A DNA stretch of 64,000 nucleotides from a virus (lineage: Duplodnaviria > Caudoviricetes). The stretch lies in the IMG/VR virus record IMGVR_UViG_3300025316_001101, one strand, 5' to 3'. Shown in pieces: positions 42,771 through 53,093 of the stretch. Position 1 is the first letter of the stretch, and each line of letters opens with the position of its first letter. Made by a program: the position numbers and the translations under genes. The notes beneath the pieces were generated by a model. It had not been told where the DNA came from. It saw only the letters and a program-made list of their open reading frames with translations, and made no database searches.

Positions 42771-43005
42771 ATCTATTGTACAGCCAACACACTAAAACGC
42801 TTCCCAAGATTCCCATCACCAATCCTGATCGTGCAAGGAACTCGCCTCGACCCAACAGGAATTGTATGAATCCTCCAACATAGAATCCCGCTATGCCAAT
42901 CAAAATGGTTGGCAAACAACCTTGTGCTTCAGGCACCTTTATTACTGCCTTGGCAACTAATCCCACTATCATCGCACATGCTACAAAAAAAATCAACCAC
43001 AACAT
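42688..43005 (-). CDS. GlsB/YeaQ/YmgE (transglycosylase-associated) membrane protein
   Basis: IVGLVAKAV...TILIGIAG..VGG...ILGSVLV. Confidence 0.75.
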   Translation of the reverse strand: MLWLIFFVACAMIVGLVAKAVIKVPEAQGCLPTILIGIAGFYVGGFIQFLLGRGEFLARSGLVMGILGSVLVCWLYNRFEAGRIVSKKMRQLAENQKKLPPEYND

Positions 43006-43895
43006 TATTTTCTCCTTGCTTCTACAGGTTGGTAAGCCGGTACTATCTCTAAATAATGATCCGGCGTCTTATTGGTAATAACATCATTCGACAAATTAGT
43101 CATATATCGCTTGAACACAATATCGAAACTTGCATAATTTTCAAAACCCAAAACATCACGTAATGCCCCATCGGAACCTCCAGCCATCAACAATTTATGA
43201 AAATTTTTCTGGCCAAACTCCTTGCGAAGCATCAAACAAACAATGGCTGCCTCTGTATCAAATAACTCCTTGGTAGCAGCGTCATACTTTTCGAACTTCA
43301 CTCGATCCATCGTAAAAATTGTTTTACTAAAAAACATCTTGTTGTCTTTAGCAATCCTGCTGGATAATGTAGAAAAACGGGCTCTTATTTGTGGCAAAGT
43401 CATGTTTAACACTGCCATTCCACGATATGCCCACAATCCAAATTTCACATTGTTCATTCGTTCAAAATCTGCCAAAGAAAATCGCAACAATGCTGCCGGT
43501 AACGACTCGGCAGCATTGCCATCTAACAGCAACCACACAACCCTATTCTTTTCTCTACCTGCTTGATCTAACTGTATTTCAATATGCGTATCATTTAATT
43601 GAAAGAGCTTCTGCATTAACTCTTTGTCAGGAACAACTTGAATACGACATTCTGTTTGATAAGAGTAATCAGGCAGCCCCCAACGACTAATGGACCACTG
43701 CTTGATTCTTGGAAGATCCCTTCGTAGAAATTCTCCTTGACGACGATCAAGGCTTAAAATCACAAAATTGTCTACCGTATATCGATTCCAAGTTTTCCCT
43801 GCGATTGCGGGATCAATAGAAGATTGTTGTGCTTCTAGCGGCATCGCCGCTAGAAGCACAACCACGAATACAAACTTTTTCAATAAATTTGCCAT
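43005..43895 (-). CDS. Exported hypothetical protein
   Basis: Signal peptide; ORF track. Confidence 0.65.
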   Translation of the reverse strand: MANLLKKFVFVVVLLAAMPLEAQQSSIDPAIAGKTWNRYTVDNFVILSLDRRQGEFLRRDLPRIKQWSISRWGLPDYSYQTECRIQVVPDKELMQKLFQLNDTHIEIQLDQAGREKNRVVWLLLDGNAAESLPAALLRFSLADFERMNNVKFGLWAYRGMAVLNMTLPQIRARFSTLSSRIAKDNKMFFSKTIFTMDRVKFEKYDAATKELFDTEAAIVCLMLRKEFGQKNFHKLLMAGGSDGALRDVLGFENYASFDIVFKRYMTNLSNDVITNKTPDHYLEIVPAYQPVEARRK

Positions 43896-43905
43896 CAGCC
43901 AAACC

Positions 43906-44334
43906 TTACGCTGCTAAATCGCATAGCGAGGCAGTATTCTCCTCTTTCGTTATCTTATCAGAAGAACAGTCGATTTGAAACCCCAAATATTCGCCCTGTT
44001 TTTCAACCGTATCTGCAAGACAGAAACCACTATCATTTAACGGTCTGTCTAACGATATGGGTGTAAAATAGTGATCACGTGCCCCCCAACTTGCCTCTCG
44101 GAGGTAGTCGATAATGGCACCATTGATTTTAATGATTGCATAAGCCTTAAAGCTTTCTAGACAGCCATTAAATTTATTGGCTGCATCTACTAAGCCCAAA
44201 TACGCCGCTGAAATCAATTCATCAGGCTGCACACTTCGGGGAACGCTTCTGCTCTTATGCAGAGCAATTCGTTCAGCTAATTTCATGTGTTCGTAAATCA
44301 GTTCGTCTCGTTCTTCAAGTAATGAAGTTCCCAT
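43906..44334 (-). CDS. Short sigma factor (FliA/WhiG-like region 2)
   Basis: DELISAAYLGLVDAANKF...FKAYA..KI.GAIIDYLR; region 4 absent. Confidence 0.75.
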   Translation of the reverse strand: MGTSLLEERDELIYEHMKLAERIALHKSRSVPRSVQPDELISAAYLGLVDAANKFNGCLESFKAYAIIKINGAIIDYLREASWGARDHYFTPISLDRPLNDSGFCLADTVEKQGEYLGFQIDCSSDKITKEENTASLCDLAA

Positions 44335-44470
44335 AGTAAATCTCCTTTTGTAATAGTGATTATGGTAAACATTATTCGTATATTTCGTTAAGTACATATC
44401 GTCAGACTATCGTTAAAATAGTTATACTATTTACACATTCTAACACACATTTTAGACGTTGCCAATGCCG

Positions 44471-44677
44471 TTATCTTTCTGCATTAGGATCAATTAAACC
44501 AGATGTCGGTCGCATAGCCACTTGCCTCATAAGAGCCGACATACTATCTTTAAGAACCTCAACGTCAAGTTGTGTTTCTTTTGACAAATTTGCCTGTTTT
44601 ACCAAGAAATTAGACATGGTGATGCAAAATGCCAAATTGATTAGCCCTACTATTAATATCACAATCTCAATAACCAT
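44471..44677 (-). CDS. Small membrane protein
   Basis: N-terminal TM. Confidence 0.55.
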   Translation of the reverse strand: MVIEIVILIVGLINLAFCITMSNFLVKQANLSKETQLDVEVLKDSMSALMRQVAMRPTSGLIDPNAER

Positions 44678-44689
44678 ATACCATCCTTT

Positions 44690-45928
44690 CTAATACGATG
44701 CTGGAAAAATTGAATTAAATTCTACGCTTTTACTTGTTGTGTTTATCTTCACCTCTGCAATGTTCAATCTCAGCATGGGATTTGCTCTCCAAGCGGAATT
44801 AAACAGTCCTATTTCATCATAAATGATACTATAATCTACCACTAACTCACCAGCATTCATAGTGGCAAATCCTGTCAAGGTATTTACGCTAAAAGCCACA
44901 TCTGGTGTGACGCCCGCACAAACGGTGCCTTGCGGTGTAGCCAATATGATCTTAGAATGCTTGGATTCACCAGAAGTAACGCTTTTTTTCATAATTTGTA
45001 TGGTTAATTTCCATATCTTCTGACCCAATAACGCTCCTTCTAATTCATTAGTGTTTTGAAATTGGAATGTCCAAGTCCAAGTTTCTCTACCTCCTGTAGA
45101 AGATAGCCCATCCATATGAACCGTACTCTGCCATTGATTGGTAGAGGTTGTGTACAACATGTTTATTGGTTCGGTAAAGTTTATAGAGTTCTTCAACGCA
45201 AACTGCCTAAATATGTTTGTGCTATCGAAATTATGATCCATAGCCAACCTCAAAGGCCAATTATAATTATTGCAGTCACTTACGCCTCGCACCGTTTCTG
45301 TATTAATACTAAGAGGTGGAATTGTGCTATCGTCCCAGGTATCAATATCGGTAATATACTTCCAATCCCATGTTGGCAATGTAAGCCATGAGATGTCTGT
45401 AGCCTCTACGTCTGTAGTAATAGACTGTACATCAAATGATTGCGATTCAACATATGGATTGTTGATCGCTTGAAATGCACGATCTGTTAATCGCAATGCC
45501 ATTGAAGGAGCAGAAGGAACAAACTGCGCACATTCTGGAATGGATTCAAAATCCTGTTCTTCCAACTGCGTACAGCCAGACATTTTGCCACCCATATCTG
45601 ACAGTCTTTCTGTCAAATTATATTTCCTAATAGATTTAATCGCCCAAGTACCTAATGCGGGCACATAAAATGGTGGTTGTGGAGATTGCAGTAATTCACA
45701 TAAATGTGCCACACTTTTAGCTGGAATGACTTGCACATACTTTGCTCCGCAATTCAATGGCTGCCCTTGGATGGTTCCCTTACAACCACTGCACGACGGA
45801 TCTCCGGTGTCCAATCCTGTAGCGCACGATGGTGGCGTACATATACCTTCGATACGATACCAAGATCGCTTTTCACTTTCGATCTCCCAATCTAAATCAA
45901 CAGTTTGTTCTACCGAATAATCTGCCAT
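44690..45928 (-). CDS. Hypothetical protein (412 aa)
   Basis: ORF track. Confidence 0.65.
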   Translation of the reverse strand: MADYSVEQTVDLDWEIESEKRSWYRIEGICTPPSCATGLDTGDPSCSGCKGTIQGQPLNCGAKYVQVIPAKSVAHLCELLQSPQPPFYVPALGTWAIKSIRKYNLTERLSDMGGKMSGCTQLEEQDFESIPECAQFVPSAPSMALRLTDRAFQAINNPYVESQSFDVQSITTDVEATDISWLTLPTWDWKYITDIDTWDDSTIPPLSINTETVRGVSDCNNYNWPLRLAMDHNFDSTNIFRQFALKNSINFTEPINMLYTTSTNQWQSTVHMDGLSSTGGRETWTWTFQFQNTNELEGALLGQKIWKLTIQIMKKSVTSGESKHSKIILATPQGTVCAGVTPDVAFSVNTLTGFATMNAGELVVDYSIIYDEIGLFNSAWRANPMLRLNIAEVKINTTSKSVEFNSIFPASY

Positions 45929-45933
45929 CAGTG

Positions 45934-46605
45934 TTATTCCTCTAATCGCTCCAAAATAGCTGCTACCATAGGATGCCTAACGATAGAATCGCTACCAAAT
46001 TTAACTACTGCTAAACCCTGCACGCTTTCTAGACGAGCAATAACATCAATCAATTCTACATCTCGCAAATCGCTTTGTTTAATGTCTCCATTAACGATCA
46101 TCTTAGTGTTCTTGCCCATACGAGTCAAAAACAGCTTAATTTGCTTTTTAGAAGCATTTTGAGCCTCATCTAAAATACACACAGCATCGTTGAATGTTCT
46201 ACCTCTCATATAAGCAAGAGGAGCAATTTCAATTACACGATTAATAATTTCACGCTGCGGTGTGCCTTCTCCTATCATTCTCCCCATACAATCTACCAAT
46301 GGCATCAAGTATGGATTCACCTTTGCCTCCAAGTCTCCTGGCAAATAACCCAAACTCTCTCCCGCCTCTACTACAGGTCTAGTGAGAACAATTTTCTTCT
46401 TAGTCCGCTGCAATATCTCATAAATGGCAAATGCCATCGACAAGTGGGTTTTTGCTGTCCCAGCCGGTCCTGTCAAAAACAACACATCATGTTGTTGATA
46501 GGCCGCATACGCCAATTGTTGAGACGTATTCATAAATTCAATATGGAACTTATTGGGGGGTGGGGCAGTGGATGTAGAACTCTTAACTCGTTTGGTTTTA
46601 TTCAT
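45934..46605 (-). CDS. phoH: PhoH-family ATPase
   Basis: GPAGTAKT, RPVVEAGESLGYLPG, AYMRGRTF, LDEAQN, RHP; start at MNKTK. Confidence 0.92.
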   Translation of the reverse strand: MNKTKRVKSSTSTAPPPNKFHIEFMNTSQQLAYAAYQQHDVLFLTGPAGTAKTHLSMAFAIYEILQRTKKKIVLTRPVVEAGESLGYLPGDLEAKVNPYLMPLVDCMGRMIGEGTPQREIINRVIEIAPLAYMRGRTFNDAVCILDEAQNASKKQIKLFLTRMGKNTKMIVNGDIKQSDLRDVELIDVIARLESVQGLAVVKFGSDSIVRHPMVAAILERLEE

Positions 46606-46663
46606 AATGGTATTTATCCTCCTCAATATAAAAGAAACTAACTTCAGAAATGCTAAATAAAGC

Positions 46664-47152
46664 ATGCGATTTACAGAGTGGCTAATATTGGAGAAATATA
46701 TGACGGATGAATCGGCCTTTTGCGGATATTGCAAAAAGCCACTCGTAGCCAATGTTATTAGCATAAACCCCAATGAAAAATCACCAGGGCAATTAATGCA
46801 ATGTAGTTGCAAAAAATCTAAAATATGGACCAATAGAATTCGTAATGTAGATAACCTTTTAAGATTTGCATCTGGACAAATGCCTAAATACACTAATGGC
46901 TTTTGCAATGATAAATGGTGTGCGTACTGCTTTACATGGCCCGCATCTATAGATTGTGTAAAGACTGGCATACCCAAGGCTGTTCTTAAACATCGACGAG
47001 ATTTAGATCAATACGCATGTAGAAACTGCGACCAAAACAACTTACTGTACATGGATACGTCATTAGAGGGTAGTGAGTTAGACACTAAACCGATACTTGA
47101 TTGGTATAAAAATCACCTAATAGAACTAAAACGAGTGCTTGGTCAAACCTGA
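46664..47152 (+). CDS. Cys-rich protein with capsid-targeting-like N-terminus (MRFTEWLILE)
   Basis: TAAATA 4 nt upstream; multiple CxxC. Confidence 0.6.
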   Translation: MRFTEWLILEKYMTDESAFCGYCKKPLVANVISINPNEKSPGQLMQCSCKKSKIWTNRIRNVDNLLRFASGQMPKYTNGFCNDKWCAYCFTWPASIDCVKTGIPKAVLKHRRDLDQYACRNCDQNNLLYMDTSLEGSELDTKPILDWYKNHLIELKRVLGQT

Positions 47153-47160
47153 GGTATAAC

Positions 47161-47595
47161 ATGGATTTCAAAAATTTCTTATTAACTGAAGGTTATGAAC
47201 AAGACCTCAAGAAAACATTGGCAAAAATTCCTAAAAAACATAAGGCTCTCATCCGAGGTTATAAATTCAAATTCCAACCTGGGAATGAACTCAAAGGTGA
47301 ACACGACAGTATTGGTCTAATCAATCGAAATACAAAAGTAGTAACCGTAGCAGCCCCGTGGAACTATGGTCGTGAATATACCGTTCTACATGAAATTGCA
47401 CATCTAATTTGGGAAACCCTGAATGAAAAACAGCAAACAAGGTGGCGAGAAATTGTAAAGAAACATCCTAGTGAAGATAAGCCAAGACAATCGAACGAAG
47501 AATATTTTGCTATGGCATATGCCTCAGCCTATGCCCATAATCAAATTAAGAAGTTCTGTATACCTGCGTGGCACAAGTTTATTCAAGGCTTGTAA
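47161..47595 (+). CDS. Zincin-like metallopeptidase (LHEIAH)
   Basis: HExxH plus NEEYFA; N-terminus MDFKNFLLTE. Confidence 0.65.
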   Translation: MDFKNFLLTEGYEQDLKKTLAKIPKKHKALIRGYKFKFQPGNELKGEHDSIGLINRNTKVVTVAAPWNYGREYTVLHEIAHLIWETLNEKQQTRWREIVKKHPSEDKPRQSNEEYFAMAYASAYAHNQIKKFCIPAWHKFIQGL

Positions 47596-48632
47596 TAGTA
47601 TAAATACCCCAGCCAGCTTTCGTCCGCATCTGAGTTCCATTCTTTTAGATGCTTTTTACAAGTATATCTCATCAACCGACCCATCCAACTAGTGGTAAAA
47701 TGCAATGCTTTAGCAATCTCTTCAGATGAGTTGGCACCAACTTGATATAATTGAGGCAACCAATCAATATCTTGCCCTCCAATAAAGGGTACATCATTAT
47801 CCACAAAATCAGCAGCTACAATATTGAATGATTCGCTATAACTGACTTGCATGCCTATATCCATTGTCCTCACAAGATGTACAAAATCATGATGTGGCAT
47901 CCAAGGATGTAGGATAAGTTCATGCTTATCTTGTCCTTCAAAAAACGCATCAACATTCTTAAATACCTGTTGTCCATTTTGTTCACATCGATTGCCATTC
48001 ATGTGAAACATTAAATTCTTTCCAAGGCTATTGGCATATTTAACAGCAGCAATTGCTTGTATCAATTGATTTTTCATTGGTCTAATAGCCCCAAAACACC
48101 CTATATCAATTGAATTATCTCCATGTTTCTTCTGAGTGTAATATCGATGATAAACAGGTGGACAGTACACGTTTGGAAGATAAACCGTTCGAACACCCAA
48201 AGTATCAGCAAGATCCACTGTTATTTCTTCTGCGTTGGGAGCAATAATCAAATTGTTAAACACTTCTTGCAACTCTTTGTATTGTAACAACCACTTGAAA
48301 GCAATACCCTCGTTAGCAAGAAATGGAACTTTACTGTGAAGTCTAATAGCCCACTGTCTATTCTGATGCCTCTTGAGATTCATTAATTCATATATCTTAG
48401 CTGGCGTTACCCATATTGCCTCTATGAATACATGCGTAGGATCATACTCAGTCACAAGTTTATCAATACAATTACCATCAACAGCCCTAGCAACACTAGC
48501 AGTGATATGATTTTTGCGTAACGCATTAGCCATAAATTCTGCCGAATTCATTAGACCGTATGATGGATTATAACAATCGTAAAAATCATTACGTAGCTTG
48601 CATATAAATAATACCTTTAATTTAGGAGACAT
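47583..48632 (-). CDS. Glycosyltransferase (GT-B, family 4-like)
   Basis: GCFGAIRPMKN, ESFNIVAAD. Confidence 0.75.
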   Translation of the reverse strand: MSPKLKVLFICKLRNDFYDCYNPSYGLMNSAEFMANALRKNHITASVARAVDGNCIDKLVTEYDPTHVFIEAIWVTPAKIYELMNLKRHQNRQWAIRLHSKVPFLANEGIAFKWLLQYKELQEVFNNLIIAPNAEEITVDLADTLGVRTVYLPNVYCPPVYHRYYTQKKHGDNSIDIGCFGAIRPMKNQLIQAIAAVKYANSLGKNLMFHMNGNRCEQNGQQVFKNVDAFFEGQDKHELILHPWMPHHDFVHLVRTMDIGMQVSYSESFNIVAADFVDNDVPFIGGQDIDWLPQLYQVGANSSEEIAKALHFTTSWMGRLMRYTCKKHLKEWNSDADESWLGYLYYYKP

Positions 48633-48738
48633 GATATCCTCGCATGTGTTGACGTGGAAGGCCCAACAAACTAACGAACCTTACCCTATATATTCATGTC
48701 TAAGAAATAACTATCCAAACTAGGAGTTCTATAGTACA

Positions 48739-50055
48739 ATGAGTTGTAATATATCTGCCAAATTGCACTTCAGGAGATTCCTAATGGAAATGGAAACGAC
48801 CCCAGATCAGAAGGACCGCATTCGAACCATCATACAAAAGCTTATGGCTGATGATAAAAATTGGTTCAATCAGCAAGAAATCGCAGTCGGAAACAAAGGT
48901 CCGTACTGGGTGCTGAACTATATGCAGGGCTCCCGCAATGAATATAATCAACTTGTCCGTGGTATGATTATTCGTAAGCCAAATGGACAAACTATTAATG
49001 ATCCACTCGACCTGATTGTTAGCTTCCCATTTATGCGGTTCTACAATAAAGGCGAAAAAGAAGCTGCCCCTGTTGATTTTTCAAAAGCAGACATGCTAGA
49101 AAAACTAGATGGGTCAATGGTGGGAGTGTTTTTCCCAGATGGCGATCCCTCTAAGCCACAATACCATACTAGAAAAATGGTATCTGCCCATAAACCCGAC
49201 ATGGATATGATGATTGGCGGCTTTGAAACAGCCAAATCCGGCCCACAGCCATTCATGAAAATCATCGGAGAATACGTGAATAAACTACACTTCACTAAAG
49301 AAGATGTAGCTATGACCTATGTTTTTGAATTTATCCATGAAATTAGCAAGGTTCTAACCAGCTACTCGCCAGAAAAATATGGATTACACCTATTAGGTGC
49401 AAGAAACATACGCACTCACCGTGAATTAACAGAAGATCAATTAGATGTAATAGCTCGTAGAATAGGTGCCCCACGTCCACGTCGTTGGAATACTACTGGC
49501 GACGAGGCAGAAATCCGTCAAATGATGGATGAAATTGGCAAAGATACCGAAAACTTTGAAGGGGCTGTGTTCCGAGACCCGGAAGGCAACCGAGTGAAAC
49601 TAAAACGTGATGATTATGTCAAGCTACACCATTTGCTTGACAAACTATCCTTCAAACATTTAATCCCCAAGGTCTTGGAAGGGGAATCCGAGGAAATCAC
49701 TGCTTACTTCCCATCAGCCAAAAAAACCATTGAAACTTTCCAAAAAGCATTTGACGATTATATCGACAAAGCAGTAGTGGCTGTACGTAAATATCATGAT
49801 CAGAAATTAGATCGTAAAACCCTAGCCATGAAGATATTTCATGGAACTGGGGAAGATCTAGACCAGTACATGCGATCCCTGGTGATGAAACATTACGAAA
49901 ATGGTGATGAAGATTCCGTCCGACAAATAATCACAAGAGATCTTAAAACGGTTGCCCTCGGTCGAAATGGCGTTGGCGGCAGTCCACAAAGATTAATGGA
50001 AATTATTGGTATCCATGATGACGAATCGGACGAGAAACAAGACAAAGAGCCTTAA
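48739..50055 (+). CDS. T4 Rnl1-like ATP-dependent RNA ligase
   Basis: PFMRFYN, EKLDGS (motif I), FEF, EGAV, KLK; start ambiguous (TTG ~48762 or ATG 48784). Confidence 0.8.
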   Translation: MSCNISAKLHFRRFLMEMETTPDQKDRIRTIIQKLMADDKNWFNQQEIAVGNKGPYWVLNYMQGSRNEYNQLVRGMIIRKPNGQTINDPLDLIVSFPFMRFYNKGEKEAAPVDFSKADMLEKLDGSMVGVFFPDGDPSKPQYHTRKMVSAHKPDMDMMIGGFETAKSGPQPFMKIIGEYVNKLHFTKEDVAMTYVFEFIHEISKVLTSYSPEKYGLHLLGARNIRTHRELTEDQLDVIARRIGAPRPRRWNTTGDEAEIRQMMDEIGKDTENFEGAVFRDPEGNRVKLKRDDYVKLHHLLDKLSFKHLIPKVLEGESEEITAYFPSAKKTIETFQKAFDDYIDKAVVAVRKYHDQKLDRKTLAMKIFHGTGEDLDQYMRSLVMKHYENGDEDSVRQIITRDLKTVALGRNGVGGSPQRLMEIIGIHDDESDEKQDKEP

Positions 50056-50258
50056 TCTCCAGTCAATCGTTGTTCTAGAATTTTTTGAAGCTCAAGAAGA
50101 ATATCTTTACAATCCTCTAATTCGGGTGGTTCCATGTTATAAATCATAACAATGGCATCTTCCAAACGCTCTCTAGCGTTTTCGGGATTGCGAATTACAT
50201 CCTGCTCTTTTAGATAATCTTGAAAACTCTTCACAAAATATATAGTCCCTTTCGGCAC
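50052..50258 (-). CDS. Small protein with KSFQDYLKE N-terminal motif
   Basis: ORF track. Confidence 0.5.
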   Translation of the reverse strand: MPKGTIYFVKSFQDYLKEQDVIRNPENARERLEDAIVMIYNMEPPELEDCKDILLELQKILEQRLTGD

Positions 50259-50297
50259 AAATGTGCCGAAAGGGACTGTTTTATTATTACAAACGCT

Positions 50298-51050
50298 TTA
50301 TACGCTTGCACTAACTGCTTGTGCTTGAATTCCTCTAAGAATCTTAGGAATAGTAACCATAGCTTGTTCTGTTAGTCTTTCGTAATCATTAATATCTAAG
50401 GCAAAGATCCGATAGTGATGACAAATAGGATTTCTCATCACCTGAGGCTTATACCCTGCTTGCTGTGCTTTAAGCGTCATCATAAAGGCATGCCCCACTT
50501 GTGGCAATTCTTCTAGCCACGGACCACAATCTCTCCAACAATCTTTAGTCATCATCATGCAATATTCTTCTACGAAATCTACTTTTTGCTGTTGCATGTA
50601 ATAAGATTGCAAGCTAACCCCAACAAATCCCGTACCTTGTGCCTCAGACACATTCACCAACAAATCAATCCATGCTGGATTAGTAATGACTATATCATGA
50701 TGCAAGAAAATAAAATACTTCGAATTCTTGTCTGCTGCTTCCATTCCTTTATTACAAGCGGCCGACCAAAATATATTCTTCTCACATCTTACAACCTTTA
50801 CTTCCTTATCAATTTCATTTAAGAATTCTTGACTGTCTGGACCTGATCCGTTATCAACAACAATGATCTCATAATTGTTGTTGAAACTAGTAACAGCTAT
50901 AGACTGAAGACAAATATTAAGATATTCTGGCCTATCCTTATGCACCACAATAATAGACACTTGTTCTTCACTTCCGTCATGAAGATTGATGGTTAACTCT
51001 GGCTTTTCCCCCTCCAGAGGATTGTGGGGAGTGATAATTTTCTCTGCCAT
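50298..51050 (-). CDS. Glycosyltransferase family 2
   Basis: SIIVVH, IIVVDNGS, LHHDIV. Confidence 0.85.
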   Translation of the reverse strand: MAEKIITPHNPLEGEKPELTINLHDGSEEQVSIIVVHKDRPEYLNICLQSIAVTSFNNNYEIIVVDNGSGPDSQEFLNEIDKEVKVVRCEKNIFWSAACNKGMEAADKNSKYFIFLHHDIVITNPAWIDLLVNVSEAQGTGFVGVSLQSYYMQQQKVDFVEEYCMMMTKDCWRDCGPWLEELPQVGHAFMMTLKAQQAGYKPQVMRNPICHHYRIFALDINDYERLTEQAMVTIPKILRGIQAQAVSASV

Positions 51051-51058
51051 ATTTCTCC

Positions 51059-51337
51059 TTATTCTAAATCTAATGGTACTGGTACTGATACTATAATTTT
51101 GATTAAGCCCAGCCACTTAACCAATCCTTCTATATCGTTCTCTTCACTAAATTGAGGACAGCACGTAAGCACTTTGTTCAAAGCAGCAATAGGCGTGTCT
51201 GCCTCTACTATTTGTACTTCTGCAATCATAGTTTCCGTAGGAGTGTTGATTCCAAAATATGACATGTCATCTCCGAATCCAACGGAATACCCATGTGGCA
51301 CTTCACGAATTCTATTTACGGATACTGCATATTTCAT
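51059..51337 (-). CDS. Hypothetical protein
   Basis: ORF track. Confidence 0.55.
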   Translation of the reverse strand: MKYAVSVNRIREVPHGYSVGFGDDMSYFGINTPTETMIAEVQIVEADTPIAALNKVLTCCPQFSEENDIEGLVKWLGLIKIIVSVPVPLDLE

Positions 51338-51603
51338 TCCACGATCTCCAACTCAAAAGCTCCAACTTCACAAAAACACTCTAAATCTCCTTGCGGAGTA
51401 GACACCTTAATAGGTCGTATCTTACCTTCCGGTGTTACGTATGTCGCCTTTAACTCCTTCAATAAAGCATCAGCTTGTGAAGCTTGAGAAAAAGCTTTTT
51501 CGGTTTTTATAGCAACATACTCACCAGCAATTTGACGAGCCACTGTAATGACGCAAAAAATCTTTTGATGGTGAATGCCCTCGTTTTTATCGTTTTCTGC
51601 CAT
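51334..51603 (-). CDS. Hypothetical protein
   Basis: ORF track; GAGG RBS. Confidence 0.6.
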   Translation of the reverse strand: MAENDKNEGIHHQKIFCVITVARQIAGEYVAIKTEKAFSQASQADALLKELKATYVTPEGKIRPIKVSTPQGDLECFCEVGAFELEIVE

Positions 51604-51639
51604 AATTTACCTCTACTTTAAGATAGTTATTTACCAATA

Positions 51640-52216
51640 TTATTTCGTGCGTTCGTACATCGAAATAGGTTTTGTCGAAATAACTGTCTTTTTCGCTGTC
51701 GCTATTTCTTCTACCGACCGTTTCTCGATATAAAAAATTACATAGACAATGCCATTTTCATCACAAAAAGTACGAGCATTGTCTTCCAGATTCATTTCGT
51801 GGTGTTTGAAGAAAGGATTGCTTGCTTCGGGTCCGTGATTCATGCAACCATTGACTGTTTTCCCTACAATTTTTCCAATAGCTGTTAGCATTTCTTGCGA
51901 TCTGCTTGGATAACAATTTTGTAATTCCTGCCACGCATCAAGATTATCAGATGAAACTACAGAATGGCTTTGATTGTTTACTTTGGCAATATGATGTTTT
52001 GAAGCATTTTTGGGAATAAATGCTGTCATTTTTAGATCAGGGTTTGTGCCTTCCTTAACCCGAACACTACTTATACGTTCGGCTAATTTCCCTTTATATT
52101 CGTCATATTGAATATCTTGGGCGGCGAGTTGAAATTCTGCCTTACCAGCATATACTCTTATTTTATGTCCAACAATTTTTTTTATCCGTTTCCGTAATCA
52201 CTGCGAATACTTTCAT
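51640..52216 (-). CDS. Hypothetical protein, apparently frameshifted at an A8 tract (52176-52183)
   Basis: ATG at 52216 overlaps upstream stop; with A7 the frame is continuous into 51640-52029. Confidence 0.45.
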
Positions 52217-52764
52217 GGATTAATCCCTAGCATCTTTCCAAACTCAGTCAATGTGATCCACTCAAACGCATAAGATGGTTCTACCCACATCTGTGCAATC
52301 TTATCGCCATCATTAATGACTACAATTTCTTTGCCCACATTAGTTACTGTCACTTTAACTCTAGTGGTATTGTTAGGACCAATCATACTGGGACCATCTG
52401 TGATGATCAATCCTTTAGATGCCCAATCGGGTTGAGCTTTTACCAAAGCACGATAGCTAATGGGTAACTTGATACTAAATCCGCAATCTATTACTACGGT
52501 TGCTCTATGGCTTAATGCCAGTCTTTTACCGCCTGTGTGATCAGGTTCTAAATTAGCAATTAAATCCACCACTGATACATTTTTATCATTACTTACAGGG
52601 ATGTATTTAGGATCATCCGCAACGATCTCTGTTGCTACCTTTTTTAACTGTGGCATCTCTAGATCTTTTAACGGAGATCTTGGCATTACACTTCGTATGG
52701 TCCCTTTTTTCTTTGGTTCATCAGATTTGTTCTTAGGCATAATATTTCCAATCGTTGCGGCCAC
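52213..52764 (-). CDS. Degenerate dUTPase-fold protein
   Basis: dUTPase-like layout (VIDCGFSIKLP..KGL...GDKIAQ) but RSG, GxID and motif V not conserved. Confidence 0.65.
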   Translation of the reverse strand: MAATIGNIMPKNKSDEPKKKGTIRSVMPRSPLKDLEMPQLKKVATEIVADDPKYIPVSNDKNVSVVDLIANLEPDHTGGKRLALSHRATVVIDCGFSIKLPISYRALVKAQPDWASKGLIITDGPSMIGPNNTTRVKVTVTNVGKEIVVINDGDKIAQMWVEPSYAFEWITLTEFGKMLGINP

Positions 52765-52803
52765 TGGCCGTCAGCACCATAACATAGTATGATTGAAAAT
52801 AAA

Positions 52804-53046
52804 TTAGTCTTTAACACTTACTGTGTTTTGTGCCTCTGCGATATGCCTTGTGATGTCTGCTAAAAATCTTGGTAGGGCTACTGTGGGATAAGACGAAGCT
52901 CTTCGAATAACCTCCGATTCCAGCCTTGGATGCAAACCATATGCATGTATGGCAGCCACAATACTTTTCATAGATGGGGAGCGTGGTCCCAATCTACTCA
53001 CGTCTCGACCGGGTACGTCTATCTTGAAATTAATTTGTTCTGGCAT
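52804..53046 (-). CDS. Hypothetical protein
   Basis: ORF track. Confidence 0.55.
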   Translation of the reverse strand: MPEQINFKIDVPGRDVSRLGPRSPSMKSIVAAIHAYGLHPRLESEVIRRASSYPTVALPRFLADITRHIAEAQNTVSVKD

Positions 53047-53093
53047 TTTATTCCTTTGTTACGTAAATACAAGTATACTAATATAGCCTCCCT

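Noticed and set aside
46606-46977. N-terminal extension of PhoH in the ORF track
   Set aside because: Overlaps the plus-strand gene 46664-47152; PhoH similarity begins near 46605
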